The notes: generated from the letters alone by a model not told the origin. A stretch of DNA of 64,000 nucleotides from Eubacteriales bacterium (GCA_045603745.1 JAZUMQ010000032.1:7133-71132); one strand, 5' to 3'; numbered from the stretch's first letter, positions 27,394 through 37,565 are shown. A program made the numbers and translations.

Positions 27394-28647
27394 TTATCCT
27401 TTGTCTTCGGTCAAGGTCAAGGTCGTTTTTATGGTTTTCCCGGTTCGGTATTGGTAATACGTGATGGATACCGAATCTCCAACTTTGTGATTTTTCTTAA
27501 TTTCTTCAATTTCGTTTAAAGTAGAAATTTCTTTTTCGTCAAAAGTCAGAATAATATCGTATTTCTGAATCCCCGCAAGTTCAGCCCCACTTCCCGCGGT
27601 AATTTGCGTAACGTAAAATCCTTGGGGCAACCGGTATCTACGTGCCATATTTGCGGTGATTTCCGTCCCTTCCGCAATTCCTGTTGCAGGACGGTCTTTG
27701 ACGTATCCGTAGTCTTTCAGGCTGGTTACGATTTGAATGGCATCGTCAATGGGAATGGCAAATCCGATTCCCTCCACTTCCGTGGAGGAAATTTTTGCAG
27801 AAACTACACCGATTACCTTTCCGGAAGCGTCCACCAGTGCGCCGCCGCTATTTCCGGGATTTACTGCCGCATCGGTTTGAATCATGGTAGATACGCCGTT
27901 TTCTCCGCTTACCTGTCGATTTAAGCCGCTGACGATTCCCACAGTTACGCTGTTTGCATATTCAATTCCCAAAGGATTTCCGATGGCAATGGCAGTTTCA
28001 CCTACCACCAAGTCGGCGGAAGAACCTATGGTAACTGCCGGAAGCGGCGTCTGGGTTTCCACCTTGATCAGTGCAAGGTCTGTCTGTTTGTCCGCCGCCA
28101 CTAATTTTGCCTCTGCTTCGGTGCCATCGTCAAAAAGAATGGTAATAAACGCTGAACTATATTGCTGAGCGTATTCGATCACGTGTTGATTTGTGATAAT
28201 ATAACCGTCTTCCGTCCATATGATTCCCGAGCCGGTCGACGTTGCCGCTTCGGTTTGATAGTGTGTGAATCCGTAGTCAATGGTTTGAGAGGGGACGGTT
28301 ACGCATACGCAGACAATGGACGGACGCACCGCGGATACCACCGTAGACAAGGCATATGAATTTTCGTCGATGACGATTTGTGCCTGTTGCAGATCTTCTT
28401 TGGTTACGTCGGACGGATTCTGTAATCCGCCGTTTTCCAAAATTTTCAGTTTTTCTTCGTATTCTGCGATTAAGCGTTGATTTTCTTCTTTGAAATACGA
28501 TACTGTTTTGCTCAACGCAATCAAAAGTGTAATTGATAAGATCAACGAAATTACGGCAATCACCGTCGCTCCCGATCTTCTTTTCTTCTTTTGTGCGTAT
28601 ACCACGTTGCCGCTGGGGTCGGAGATATTGGAAGGTTCAAAATCCAT
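27394..28647 (-). CDS. htrA: HtrA/DegP-family serine protease with PDZ domain, membrane anchored
   Basis: 417 aa; N-terminal TM; catalytic triad contexts ITNQHVI (His), DLALIKV (Asp), GNSGGALVD (Ser); C-terminal PDZ. Confidence 0.92.
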   Translation of the reverse strand: MDFEPSNISDPSGNVVYAQKKKRRSGATVIAVISLILSITLLIALSKTVSYFKEENQRLIAEYEEKLKILENGGLQNPSDVTKEDLQQAQIVIDENSYALSTVVSAVRPSIVCVCVTVPSQTIDYGFTHYQTEAATSTGSGIIWTEDGYIITNQHVIEYAQQYSSAFITILFDDGTEAEAKLVAADKQTDLALIKVETQTPLPAVTIGSSADLVVGETAIAIGNPLGIEYANSVTVGIVSGLNRQVSGENGVSTMIQTDAAVNPGNSGGALVDASGKVIGVVSAKISSTEVEGIGFAIPIDDAIQIVTSLKDYGYVKDRPATGIAEGTEITANMARRYRLPQGFYVTQITAGSGAELAGIQKYDIILTFDEKEISTLNEIEEIKKNHKVGDSVSITYYQYRTGKTIKTTLTLTEDKG

Positions 28648-28733
28648 AATGTGTCAGTCCTTTTGCTGTTTGATAACTATAGTATACCAAGATTCTGCGG
28701 AACAATTATTTTTGAAAAACGGCGATTTTGTGT

Positions 28734-28766
28734 AAAAAATACCGCGGAAAGGAAAGACCTCTCCGC
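28734..28766 (-). terminator. Intrinsic terminator after upp (minus strand)
   Basis: Minus strand GCGGAGAGG-tcttt-CCTTTCCGC (one G-U pair) followed by GGTATTTTTT. Confidence 0.65.
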
Positions 28767-28778
28767 AGTAATTCTGAT

Positions 28779-29405
28779 TTATTTCGTGCCGAAAATACGG
28801 TCGCCGGCATCTCCGAGACCGGGAACAATGTATCCGTGGTCGTTGAGACATTCGTCCAAAGCCGCACAATAGACCGGAATGTCGGGGTGGTCGTCGTTGA
28901 TTCTCTGAACTCCTTCGGGGGCGGCGATAATATTAACGCATTTAATGTTTTTTACGCCCTTGTTTTTCAGTAGAGAAATTGCAGCGGAAGCGGAACCGCC
29001 GGTGGCGAGCATGGGATCGAGCAGGAATACGTGCCGATCCTCAATATCGGAAGGAAGCTTGCAGTAATATTCTACCGGTTCCAAGGTTTCGGGATCCCGA
29101 TAAAGTCCGATGTGTCCGACCTTGATATTGGGAATCAGGTTGACTACACCGTCTACCATGCCCAAACCTGCCCGCAAAATGGGAACAGCGGCAAATTTCT
29201 CGTTGGCAAGCACGTGAAGTTTTGCGGTAACCAGAGGAGTTTCCACGTCTACTTCTTTCGTTTCCAGATCCCGGGTAATCTCATAGCAGAGAAGCATGGC
29301 AATTTCACTTGCCAGTTCCCGGAATTCTTTGCAGCCGGTATCAATGCGTCTCATAATGGCAAGTTTGTGCTGAATGAGGGGGTGATTCGTAACGTTGACG
29401 TTCAT
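28779..29405 (-). CDS. upp: Uracil phosphoribosyltransferase
   Basis: 208 aa from ATG 29405 (AAAGGAG SD); [40 protein letters not shown]. Confidence 0.95.
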   Translation of the reverse strand: MNVNVTNHPLIQHKLAIMRRIDTGCKEFRELASEIAMLLCYEITRDLETKEVDVETPLVTAKLHVLANEKFAAVPILRAGLGMVDGVVNLIPNIKVGHIGLYRDPETLEPVEYYCKLPSDIEDRHVFLLDPMLATGGSASAAISLLKNKGVKNIKCVNIIAAPEGVQRINDDHPDIPVYCAALDECLNDHGYIVPGLGDAGDRIFGTK

Positions 29406-29418
29406 GGCAATTTCTCCT

Positions 29419-29847
29419 TTATTCTTCAAACATATTGATTCTACGCAAATGTTTTCCGCCTTCAAAGGGGGTCTTGAGGAATACGTCGATCAGTTCCAAC
29501 GCCAATCCTTCTCCCATGACCCGAGCGCCGATACACATTACGTTGGTGTTGTTGTGAGCGCGGGTGAATTTTGTGGAGAAGTAATCGGAGCAAACGGCGG
29601 CACGGATTCCTTTGACCTTATTTGCTGCCATAGACATTCCGATTCCGGTTCCGCAGATCAGAATCCCCAATTCCGCATTTCCGTCGTTGATTTCTTTGCA
29701 AAGAGCCTTTGCAAAAATCGGATAGTCGCAGGATTCTTCGCTGTTCGTTCCGCAATCAATGACGTTGTGTCCTTGTTCTGTCAGATACTTTTTGACGTTT
29801 TCTTTCAATCCGTATCCGGCATGATCGCAAGCAATGACAAGATTCAT
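29419..29847 (-). CDS. rpiB: Ribose-5-phosphate isomerase B
   Basis: 142 aa; [30 protein letters not shown] typical RpiB/LacAB. Confidence 0.92.
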   Translation of the reverse strand: MNLVIACDHAGYGLKENVKKYLTEQGHNVIDCGTNSEESCDYPIFAKALCKEINDGNAELGILICGTGIGMSMAANKVKGIRAAVCSDYFSTKFTRAHNNTNVMCIGARVMGEGLALELIDVFLKTPFEGGKHLRRINMFEE

Positions 29848-29853
29848 GGTGTA

Positions 29854-30543
29854 TTATATCCTTTCGGTCAATTTATTTTCTCGTTCGTTTCGTTCCCGTT
29901 CCGCCTGGGGCAACCGCAAATAACAAGGCTCTAACCGTTCGGGAGACAACAATTCGTCTTCCGGTAGGTTGTAAGCAATTTGCGCCACCGTTTCCGCCCG
30001 AATAAAGGCGCGATCCGGAGAAGAACAGACGGCAGATTTCCCAAGTTCATTTGCCGATTTTAAGGCAATTTCAGATCCGTCTCCGCAAAAAAGAATGGAA
30101 TCTTTCACTTCTTCAAGCAAATCCGAAACCGAGATCTGACGGTCTTCGCAAATTCTTTTTCCGTCTTTGAAATTTGCATTGTAAAGCATATTTCGGCGGG
30201 CATCTTCCACGGCACAAACCGTTCCGTTAAATCCAATTCCTTCTGCAAGCGCGTGGAGAGAAGATACCGGCGCACAGGGCGTTTTATTTTTGTGGGCAAG
30301 TCCCTTTGCTGTGGCAACGGCGATTTTAATTCCTGTAAAAGAGCCTGGTCCCACCGTAATGCCAATACGGTCAATGTCGTCTATGACCAGTCCGGAATCT
30401 TTTAAAACGCCTTCGATCATAGGCAGTAACGTCTGGCTATGGGTTAACCCCGTATTCCGATACCGAGATGCAAGGATTTTACCGTCTTTCATCACACACG
30501 CGGAGCAGGCAAGGGTTGAGGCGTCAAAAGCCAAAATAGTCAT
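29854..30543 (-). CDS. tsaB: tRNA t6A37 threonylcarbamoyl-transfer complex dimerisation subunit TsaB
   Basis: 229 aa; ILAFDASTLACSACV, GPGSFTGIKIAVATAKGLA typical YeaZ/TsaB. Confidence 0.9.
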   Translation of the reverse strand: MTILAFDASTLACSACVMKDGKILASRYRNTGLTHSQTLLPMIEGVLKDSGLVIDDIDRIGITVGPGSFTGIKIAVATAKGLAHKNKTPCAPVSSLHALAEGIGFNGTVCAVEDARRNMLYNANFKDGKRICEDRQISVSDLLEEVKDSILFCGDGSEIALKSANELGKSAVCSSPDRAFIRAETVAQIAYNLPEDELLSPERLEPCYLRLPQAERERNERENKLTERI

Positions 30544-30550
30544 AATCGCT

Positions 30551-30958
30551 CTACTCCTTTATGTGAATAATCCGTTCTTCGATACCGTCACCGTATTCAA
30601 AATAAATACGAAGGACGTCTTCTGGAAGATATTCTTCTGCGTTTTCGCTCCATTCCACCAAACTAACTGACCCCGGTTCTCCGTCAAAAAAGCCGATGGA
30701 ATAGAGGTCGTCGTATCCGGAAAGTCGGTACAGATCGTAATGATATACCGGCTTGTCCGCTTCGTAACGGTGGCATAGGGCAAAGGTAGGGCTTGTTACG
30801 TCTCCGTCGTACCCTAATCCTTGTAAAAACCCTTTTACGAATTCGGTTTTTCCGCAACCCATTTCCCCAAACAAACAGATCATTTCTTGATTTGCGGTTT
30901 GAGAAAGAGATCGCCCCAATTCTTTTGTATCTTCCTCTGAATGACTATAGAAAATCAT
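30551..30958 (-). CDS. tsaE: tRNA t6A37 threonylcarbamoyl-transfer complex ATPase TsaE
   Basis: 135 aa; Walker A GEMGCGKTEF, SPTFAL, HYDLYRL motifs of YjeE/TsaE. Confidence 0.9.
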   Translation of the reverse strand: MIFYSHSEEDTKELGRSLSQTANQEMICLFGEMGCGKTEFVKGFLQGLGYDGDVTSPTFALCHRYEADKPVYHYDLYRLSGYDDLYSIGFFDGEPGSVSLVEWSENAEEYLPEDVLRIYFEYGDGIEERIIHIKE

Positions 30959-32196
30959 GATTTTTCCTTTGAACGCTTTTTCATTTTATTGACGACGGAT
31001 TCTTTGATTTCGGAAACCGTCCATCTTTTGCAGGGAGGATCCCGATCGGTTTCATCGTCTAACGGCAATCCTTTTTTCACGGTAAGGCGTGCAACTTCTT
31101 TTCGGGTCAGGGTGTAAAGAACGGCACACAAAGGAACGCTCAGTATGAATCCCATAATGCCGAACAATCCGCCGCCGATGGTAATGGATACCAAAACCCA
31201 AATGGCGGGAAGTCCCGTGGCATCTCCCGAAATTCTCGGATCAATGAGATTGCTATCGACCTGTTGCAGAACGATGACAAAAATAATAAACCAGAAGCAC
31301 TGTCCCGGATTGACCAGAAGCAACAGAAATGCCGAGGGGATCGCTCCGATGAAAGGCCCAAGCATGGGAATAATATTTGTCACTCCAATGATAAAACTGA
31401 TCAGGGCAGCATATTCAAACCTAAAGATCTTCATGAAGATGAAACAAAGAATCCCCACGATAATGGAGTCAATCATTCGCCCGGAAATATACCCGGAAAG
31501 GGTACGAGCGGTCAGTTTTGCAATTTCCCGGATTCGATCTGCCACGGTTTGAGGGAAAAAGGCATAGATTGTCTTTTTTGCCTGCCATTTCAAATGATTT
31601 CGTCCCACCATAATGTAGATGGAGATGATCACACTGAGAACCGCATTGGTAAGCCCGCCGGCAATGCTCTTTGTGATGTTAAAGATCTCCGGAAGGCGAG
31701 TTTGTAATGTTTCCGTTACGGTGCTGATCAGTGCGGTAATCCATTGCCCCCATTCCGTAAAGTCAAAGGGGTCAATGTTTTCTTCTAAAAATTCGTAATG
31801 AGCAATAACGCCGTTCAAAGCGGTTTCCACGTTTTTAATGTAAGTGCTGATATTTGCCAAGAGGGTGGTAACGCTTGCGGTAACTTCCGGAATAACGGCA
31901 ATCAAAAAGACCGCGATAAAAGACAAAAGCAAAAGGTACGTTACCGCAACGGAAAAGGCGTTTGCAAGGGTGTTTTTATGTTTCGCTTTTTTGAAACATC
32001 TTAAGAATAACCGTTGGAATAACGAGAAGGGGCGGTCGAGAAAAATGGCAATCAATATCCCGGCAATGACGGGAGAGAGTATGGTGATTAAAAGTTTGAT
32101 TGCCGAAAAAATCGCATCGACTTTGATGACCGCAAGGGCAAACAGCGCCGCGATCAAAAGCAATAGCACGATATTTCGGAACAATTTTTTATCCAT
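30955..32196 (-). CDS. AI-2E family transporter (PerM/UPF0118 permease)
   Basis: 413 aa, about 8 TM; NIIPMLGPFIGAIPS signature region of the AI-2E family. Confidence 0.85.
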   Translation of the reverse strand: MDKKLFRNIVLLLLIAALFALAVIKVDAIFSAIKLLITILSPVIAGILIAIFLDRPFSLFQRLFLRCFKKAKHKNTLANAFSVAVTYLLLLSFIAVFLIAVIPEVTASVTTLLANISTYIKNVETALNGVIAHYEFLEENIDPFDFTEWGQWITALISTVTETLQTRLPEIFNITKSIAGGLTNAVLSVIISIYIMVGRNHLKWQAKKTIYAFFPQTVADRIREIAKLTARTLSGYISGRMIDSIIVGILCFIFMKIFRFEYAALISFIIGVTNIIPMLGPFIGAIPSAFLLLLVNPGQCFWFIIFVIVLQQVDSNLIDPRISGDATGLPAIWVLVSITIGGGLFGIMGFILSVPLCAVLYTLTRKEVARLTVKKGLPLDDETDRDPPCKRWTVSEIKESVVNKMKKRSKEKS

Positions 32197-32407
32197 ATTA
32201 CCCCTCCGGATTGTTTTGCTTCGTTCTATTTAATTTATTATAACATATCCTTTCTGTAAAATCTATAGGGTTCATAAAAAATTCGGAAAAAATTGTTGTC
32301 GATTTTTATTTTAAGGGATTTTTCTCACGTTTCTCCCTTGGAAAACAAAAAATGAAGTTGTTTTTGCGGGTAATTCCGAATATTTTGCAATCTTCTGCCA
32401 AAAGTAC

Positions 32408-32436
32408 TTGATTTTTCCTTTTAAATTTGTTATAAT
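32408..32436 (+). promoter_or_regulatory. Sigma-A-type promoter for metG
   Basis: TTGATT (32408-32413), 17-nt spacer, TATAAT (32431-32436); about 60 nt upstream of ATG 32497. Confidence 0.6.
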
Positions 32437-32496
32437 AACTCTATTACTACCGTCCTCATGGACGAATTCGTGCTCATTTGCACACAGGAGGTTCCT

Positions 32497-34461
32497 ATGT
32501 CGAACGAAAAAAAGACCTTTTACATCACTACCCCGATCTATTACACTTCGGGACATCTTCACATCGGTAATTCCTATACTACCGTTGCCGCCGATACCAT
32601 GGCACGGTATAAGCGAATGTGCGGATATGACGTGATGATGCTCACCGGAACCGATGAACACGGTCAAAAGGTGGAACGGAAGGCCCAAGAGGCAGGGAAG
32701 ACCCCCAAGGAATTTACGGACGAGATCGTTGCGGACATCAAAAATATCTGGCAGGTTCTCGGAATCCAATACGACAAATTCATTCGTACTTCCGACGATT
32801 ATCACGTTGCCGCCGTACAGAAGATTTATCAGGAACTGTACGACAAAGGCGAAATTTATAAAAGCGAATACGAAGGGCATTATTGTTCTCCTTGTGAATC
32901 TTTTTGGACGGAGTCTCAGTTGGTGGACGGAAAATGTCCCGATTGCGGACGTCCTGTAGAAAAAGCGAAAGAAGAAAGTTACTTCTTCCGTCTTTCCAAA
33001 TATCAGGATCAATTGATCGAACTCTTGGAAAACAATCCTGGTTTGTTGCAGCCCGAGGCCCGTTCCGCGGAAATGATCAACAACTTCCTCAAACCCGGAT
33101 TGAAAGACCTTTGTGTTTCCCGTACCACCATCAAATGGGGAGTTCCTCTGCCTTTTGATGAACGGCACGTAGCCTACGTTTGGATTGACGCTCTTTCCAA
33201 TTATTTGACTGCTCTCGGCTATCAATCCGACGATGACAGTTTGATGAAAAAATATTGGCCCGCCGACATTCACTTGGTCGGAAAAGACATCGTCCGTTTC
33301 CACACGGTCATCTGGTTTGCCCTGTTGATGGCGCTGGGTGTCGAACTGCCCAAACAAGTCTACGGGCACGGTTGGTTGCAGATGAACGGTGATAAAGTTT
33401 CCAAGAGTAAAGCCTCCGGTGCCGCTTGCATCGTGGATCCCATTTTCTTGGCAGACCACTTCGGAAAAGATGCCGTCCGCTATTTCTTGTTGCGTGAAAT
33501 GCCCTTCGGTTCCGATGGAGAATATACCTACGACGGTTTGATGAACCGCATTAACGCGGATCTTGCCAACGATTTGGGAAACTTGGTCTCTCGTTCCACT
33601 GCGATGGCGGTCAAGTATTTTGACGGCAAAATTCCTGCGGCTCGGGTAACGGAACCGGTGGACGATGAGTTGCTGACCTTGACCCGCAACACCGCCGCCA
33701 ACGCTAAACCCTATATGGAAGCCATGTCGTTTTCCCTCGCTTTGACCGAGATTTTTAAATTGGTTTCTCGGGCAAACAAATATATTGACGAAACTGCTCC
33801 TTGGGCACTGGCGAAGGATCCCGAAAAATCCGATCGCCTGGCTACCGTTCTTGCCAATCTTTTTGAAGCCATTCGAGTGATTTCCAATCTGCTGATTCCT
33901 TTTATGCCCGATACTTGCGATAAGATTCTGTCTTGTCTCGGCGCTAAGGCGGTGGGCTGGGAAGAATGTTCTACGGAAGGTTGTCTGACCGGAGAAATTA
34001 CCGTGACCTCTTGCGAGGCGTTGTTCCCCCGCATCGACGTTAAAAAAGAACTTGCCGCCGTTGGTTTGGGCGAAGAAGACCCTGCCGTTAAGCCTGCGAA
34101 AAAAGAGAAAAAGAAAAAATCTTCCGAACCTGCGCCCGCTCCTGAGATCGGGATCGAAGAATTCTTGAACGTCGACCTCTCCGTTGCCAAAATTTTGGAA
34201 TGCGAAGCCGTGGAAAACAGTGAAAAACTGTTGAAACTGAAAGTTTCTTTCGGTAACGAAGAGCGTCAGATTGTTTCCGGCATCGCCAAGGCATATACTC
34301 CCGCCGATCTGATCGGTCATAACGTTGTTGTTGTCAAAAATCTGAAACCCGCCGTAATTTTTGGTCTGGAAAGTTTCGGAATGATCTTGGCCTCCGGTCA
34401 GGGAGAAAACATTCACGTCATGTTCGCCGACGAATCCAATCCCGGCGACCGTATCCGCTGA
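32497..34461 (+). CDS. metG: Methionine--tRNA ligase with C-terminal tRNA-binding (EMAP-like) domain
   Basis: 654 aa; HLHIGNSYT (HIGH), Zn knuckle CSPCE...CPDCG, KVSKS, C-terminal VAKILECEAVENSEKLLKLKV OB domain; AGGAGG SD. Confidence 0.96.
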   Translation: MSNEKKTFYITTPIYYTSGHLHIGNSYTTVAADTMARYKRMCGYDVMMLTGTDEHGQKVERKAQEAGKTPKEFTDEIVADIKNIWQVLGIQYDKFIRTSDDYHVAAVQKIYQELYDKGEIYKSEYEGHYCSPCESFWTESQLVDGKCPDCGRPVEKAKEESYFFRLSKYQDQLIELLENNPGLLQPEARSAEMINNFLKPGLKDLCVSRTTIKWGVPLPFDERHVAYVWIDALSNYLTALGYQSDDDSLMKKYWPADIHLVGKDIVRFHTVIWFALLMALGVELPKQVYGHGWLQMNGDKVSKSKASGAACIVDPIFLADHFGKDAVRYFLLREMPFGSDGEYTYDGLMNRINADLANDLGNLVSRSTAMAVKYFDGKIPAARVTEPVDDELLTLTRNTAANAKPYMEAMSFSLALTEIFKLVSRANKYIDETAPWALAKDPEKSDRLATVLANLFEAIRVISNLLIPFMPDTCDKILSCLGAKAVGWEECSTEGCLTGEITVTSCEALFPRIDVKKELAAVGLGEEDPAVKPAKKEKKKKSSEPAPAPEIGIEEFLNVDLSVAKILECEAVENSEKLLKLKVSFGNEERQIVSGIAKAYTPADLIGHNVVVVKNLKPAVIFGLESFGMILASGQGENIHVMFADESNPGDRIR

Positions 34462-34467
34462 TATTAC

Positions 34468-34512
34468 AAGGAAGGACTCTGTTTTATGAGTCCTTCCTTT
34501 TCTGAGGTTTTT
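34468..34512 (+). terminator. Intrinsic terminator after metG
   Basis: Perfect 12-bp stem AAGGAAGGACTC / GAGTCCTTCCTT, 8-nt loop, then TTCTGAGGTTTTT; abuts the tatD start. Confidence 0.7.
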
Positions 34513-35280
34513 ATGTTATTTGATTCTCATGCTCACTTGGACGATGTTGCTTTTGATCCGGATAGGGAAGAGGTGATCGCCTCCCTTCTTCCTGCCGGCG
34601 TTTCCCACGTGTTGATTCCCGGTTCTTCTCTGGAATCTTCTCGAAAAGCCCAGTCCATCGCGCAATCTCATGATAATTTTTACTTTGCCGCCGGTGTTCA
34701 CCCCGGGAATATCCTTTCTATGCAATATGAGGATATTGATCTCCTTTCCGGCCTTGCCGCTGATCCAAAGTGTGTTGCCATCGGCGAGATCGGGTTAGAT
34801 TTTTACTGGGAAAAAGATCCGATCCTTTGGGATACTCAACGGTATTGGTTTCAACAACAACTTCGCCTTGCTTTTGAATTGAATAAACCGGTGATTATTC
34901 ATGACCGGGAAGCCCACCAGAAATGCTTCGATGCTGTTCGTGACGCCGGAGTTCAAGGAGTTTTTCATTGCTATTCTTCTTCGGCAGAAATGGCAATCGA
35001 GTTGGTTAAGATCGGTTTTTACTGTTCCTTTACCGGAGTTGTGACCTACCAAGGAGCAAAAAGGGCTCTCCGCACCATTGAGGCTTTGCCCTTGGAACGG
35101 ATTTTAATCGAGACCGATTCTCCCTATCTTGCCCCCGTGCCGTTTCAGAAACAACGCAACGACCCTCGGAACGTTCGTGCCGTCGCCGAAACTATCTCCG
35201 CCGTCAAAAAAATCTCCTTCGATGAAGTGGTTCGCGTTACTTCCGAAAATGCGGCACGTTTGTTCCGAATAAATCTGTAA
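34513..35280 (+). CDS. tatD: TatD-family metal-dependent hydrolase/DNase
   Basis: 255 aa; MLFDSHAHLDD, IGEIGLDFYW, PVIIHDREA, ETDSPYLAP. Confidence 0.92.
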   Translation: MLFDSHAHLDDVAFDPDREEVIASLLPAGVSHVLIPGSSLESSRKAQSIAQSHDNFYFAAGVHPGNILSMQYEDIDLLSGLAADPKCVAIGEIGLDFYWEKDPILWDTQRYWFQQQLRLAFELNKPVIIHDREAHQKCFDAVRDAGVQGVFHCYSSSAEMAIELVKIGFYCSFTGVVTYQGAKRALRTIEALPLERILIETDSPYLAPVPFQKQRNDPRNVRAVAETISAVKKISFDEVVRVTSENAARLFRINL

Positions 35281-35371
35281 CAAAAATAAAACAAACAAGT
35301 TTCATAAATGTGAAATTTCAAAATATTTTCTCTCAAATTTGTCTTTTTTTTAAAGTTTGCGGAGTAGAAAC

Positions 35372-35400
35372 TTGCGTTTTCCATATTATTATGGTATAAT
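35372..35400 (+). promoter_or_regulatory. Sigma-A promoter of the rimP-nusA-infB operon
   Basis: TTGCGT (35372-35377), 17-nt spacer containing an extended TG, TATAAT (35395-35400). Confidence 0.55.
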
Positions 35401-35406
35401 AATTGC

Positions 35407-35440
35407 GAAGAGCGGAAGTGATTTCCGCTCTTCGAGTTTT
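35407..35440 (+). promoter_or_regulatory. Leader stem-loop (terminator-like) at the 5' end of the rimP-nusA transcript
   Basis: GAAGAGCGGAA-gtgat-TTCCGCTCTTC perfect 11-bp stem followed by GAGTTTTG; starts about 7 nt after the -10. Confidence 0.5.
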
Positions 35441-35472
35441 GTACGGAGAACTTCTCCGGAAAGGATGAGATT

Positions 35473-35928
35473 ATGGCGGTTGCCGACGTTGTTAGACCTT
35501 TGGTTCTGCCCATTACGGAAGAACACGGTCTGATTCTTTGGGACATTGAATTTGTCAAAGAAGGTTCCGAGCGTTTTTTGCGTATCTACATTGATCGGGA
35601 AGAAGGCGGAATCGGGATTGACGATTGCGAAATCGTATCCCGGGCTTTGGATCCGATTTTGGACGAAGCGGATCCCATTCCCCAAAGTTACCATCTGGAG
35701 ATTTGTTCTGCCGGTTTAATCCGGGATTTGAAAACCACGGAACATATTCAACGGTTCCTTGGATATGAGGCGGAGGTTCGTCTCTACAAAGGAGAAGCCG
35801 ATCTTCCCAAAAAGTTTTCGGCGCGTCTTGACGCTGTTACCGACGAAACCCTCACTGTCACCGTCGGGGAACAAACGGTCTCGCTTGACCGGAAATCTAT
35901 TTCAAAAATAAAAATTGATTTGATATAA
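35473..35928 (+). CDS. rimP: Ribosome maturation factor RimP
   Basis: 151 aa; LWDIEFVKEGSERFLRIYIDREEG, LEICSAGL typical RimP. Confidence 0.9.
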   Translation: MAVADVVRPLVLPITEEHGLILWDIEFVKEGSERFLRIYIDREEGGIGIDDCEIVSRALDPILDEADPIPQSYHLEICSAGLIRDLKTTEHIQRFLGYEAEVRLYKGEADLPKKFSARLDAVTDETLTVTVGEQTVSLDRKSISKIKIDLI

Positions 35929-35947
35929 GCGGAGGTAAACAGGAAAA

Positions 35948-36979
35948 ATGAACGAAGAATTTTACAGTGCCCTTGCCCTGCTTCAGCAGGAAAAAGGAAT
36001 CCCCCAAAAGTATATGCTTGAAAAGATCCGTGCTGCCATTGCGTCGGCGGTTAAGCGTGACCGTAGCGTTCCTGCGGAAAACGTTGACGTGGTCTTTGAC
36101 GAAGTCAAGAAAACTATCAGCGTTTTTATTAAGCGTCTGGTCGTTGACAACGTGGAAGATCCTTCCATCGAAATTTCCGTGGAAGAAGCCCGGAATATTT
36201 CCGCGAAATATCAGCTGGGCGATTACGTCCGGGACGAAGTTGATCCCGCCACTGTGGGGCGTATTGCCGCCAAGGTCGGAAAGAACGTGATCGTTCAGGG
36301 GATCAACGAAGCGGTAAACGGTTCTCTGATCAACGAATTTGAAGGTCAGAAAGGAACTATCGTTACCGGTACCGTCGATCGTGTCGACGAATTTAACCGT
36401 GTCGTTTATCTGAACATTAACGGATATTCTCTGCCTCTGAACCTTCGGGATCAGATTCCCGGCGAAACCTTCCGGGACGGCGATCACGTCAAGGTTTGCG
36501 TTTCGGATATTCGTCGCAATGCCAAGAGCCAGGAAATCGTCCTTTCCAGAACCAACGCCGAATTCCTTCGCCGTTTGTTCCAGGTGGAAATTCCCGAAGT
36601 TGCTGATGGCACCGTTCGTGTTATGGCGATTGCTCGGGAAGCCGGCTCTCGCTCCAAGGTTGCCGTCTGGTCGAAGAATCCCGACGTTGATCCCGTAGGT
36701 TCTTGTATCGGACCCAAGCAGATGCGCATCAATTCTATTCTTTCCGAATTGAACGGTGAACGCATCGACCTGATTAAGTATAGCCCCGATCCGGAAGAAT
36801 TCATCGTAGCTTCTCTTTCTCCCGCTTCGGTTCGTATCATTGAAATCAACAAAAACGAACGCACCTGTCGTGTTGCAGTTGCCGCCGATCAACTTTCCCT
36901 TGCCATCGGTAAGACCGGTCAAAACGTCCGTCTCGCCGCAGGGTTAACCAACTATCATATTGACATCGTGGCGGAATAA
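35948..36979 (+). CDS. nusA: Transcription termination/antitermination factor NusA
   Basis: 343 aa; N-terminal domain, S1 (GTIVTGTVDRVD), two KH domains (GSRSKVAVWS...DPVGSCIGPKQMRI; AIGKTGQNVRLA). Confidence 0.95.
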   Translation: MNEEFYSALALLQQEKGIPQKYMLEKIRAAIASAVKRDRSVPAENVDVVFDEVKKTISVFIKRLVVDNVEDPSIEISVEEARNISAKYQLGDYVRDEVDPATVGRIAAKVGKNVIVQGINEAVNGSLINEFEGQKGTIVTGTVDRVDEFNRVVYLNINGYSLPLNLRDQIPGETFRDGDHVKVCVSDIRRNAKSQEIVLSRTNAEFLRRLFQVEIPEVADGTVRVMAIAREAGSRSKVAVWSKNPDVDPVGSCIGPKQMRINSILSELNGERIDLIKYSPDPEEFIVASLSPASVRIIEINKNERTCRVAVAADQLSLAIGKTGQNVRLAAGLTNYHIDIVAE

Positions 36980-36982
36980 AAT

Positions 36983-37270
36983 ATGAAAAAAAGTATCCGG
37001 CATAAAGGGGCAAAAGTTCGTATGTGTGCGTCTTGTGGGTTACGTTCCCACAAAGATGAATCAGATTTTATCCGTATCGTTTTGCCCAAAGACAGAACCG
37101 CATTTCTTGACCGAGAAGGAACAGCCCCGGGACGGGGAGCCTATGTTTGCCGCAATCAGGATTGTGTTCGCAAATTGTGTAAAACTCGCCGTCTTTCACA
37201 CTTATTACGCGGTTCGGTTCCCGAATCCCTTTACGAAGAACTTCGCAAGGAGGTAGGAATTGATGGATAA
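36983..37270 (+). CDS. rnpM: YlxR/RnpM (DUF448) RNA-binding protein
   Basis: 95 aa; RMCASCG...RIV...DREGTAPGRGAYVC pattern of YlxR. Confidence 0.88.
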   Translation: MKKSIRHKGAKVRMCASCGLRSHKDESDFIRIVLPKDRTAFLDREGTAPGRGAYVCRNQDCVRKLCKTRRLSHLLRGSVPESLYEELRKEVGIDG

Positions 37271-37565
37271 AACATTTCTCTCTACCTTAGGGCTTGCCCG
37301 CCGTGCGGGAAAACTTCTTTTGGGGGTTGAATCCGTTCAAAGTTATAAGAAACCCGTGGCACTTTTGATTTTTGCGTCTGATGCCTCGCTTCGGGTAAAA
37401 AGGACACTGTCCCATCGAACGGAACTTTCTCTCACGCCGGAACTGACAAAAGAACAACTTGGTCGCGCCGTAGGGTGCAAAGAGGCCGCCGTGATTGCGG
37501 TCACCGACGCCGGTTTCGCCGGTACGATTCGGAAAAAATTGGAACTGCAGGAGGAGAACGCATGA
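37263..37565 (+). CDS. ylxQ: L7Ae/YlxQ-family RNA-binding protein
   Basis: 100 aa; [13 protein letters not shown]...LLIFASDAS pattern of the L7Ae family; conserved position before infB. Confidence 0.85.
   Translation: MDKTFLSTLGLARRAGKLLLGVESVQSYKKPVALLIFASDASLRVKRTLSHRTELSLTPELTKEQLGRAVGCKEAAVIAVTDAGFAGTIRKKLELQEENA

Noticed and set aside
32311-34416. 701-codon ORF on the minus strand covering almost all of metG
   Set aside because: It is in exact codon register with metG (antisense stops correspond to sense TTA/CTA/TCA codons, which the gene avoids). The translation is low-complexity (G/F/R/N/V rich) with no start context. It is a shadow ORF created by codon bias.
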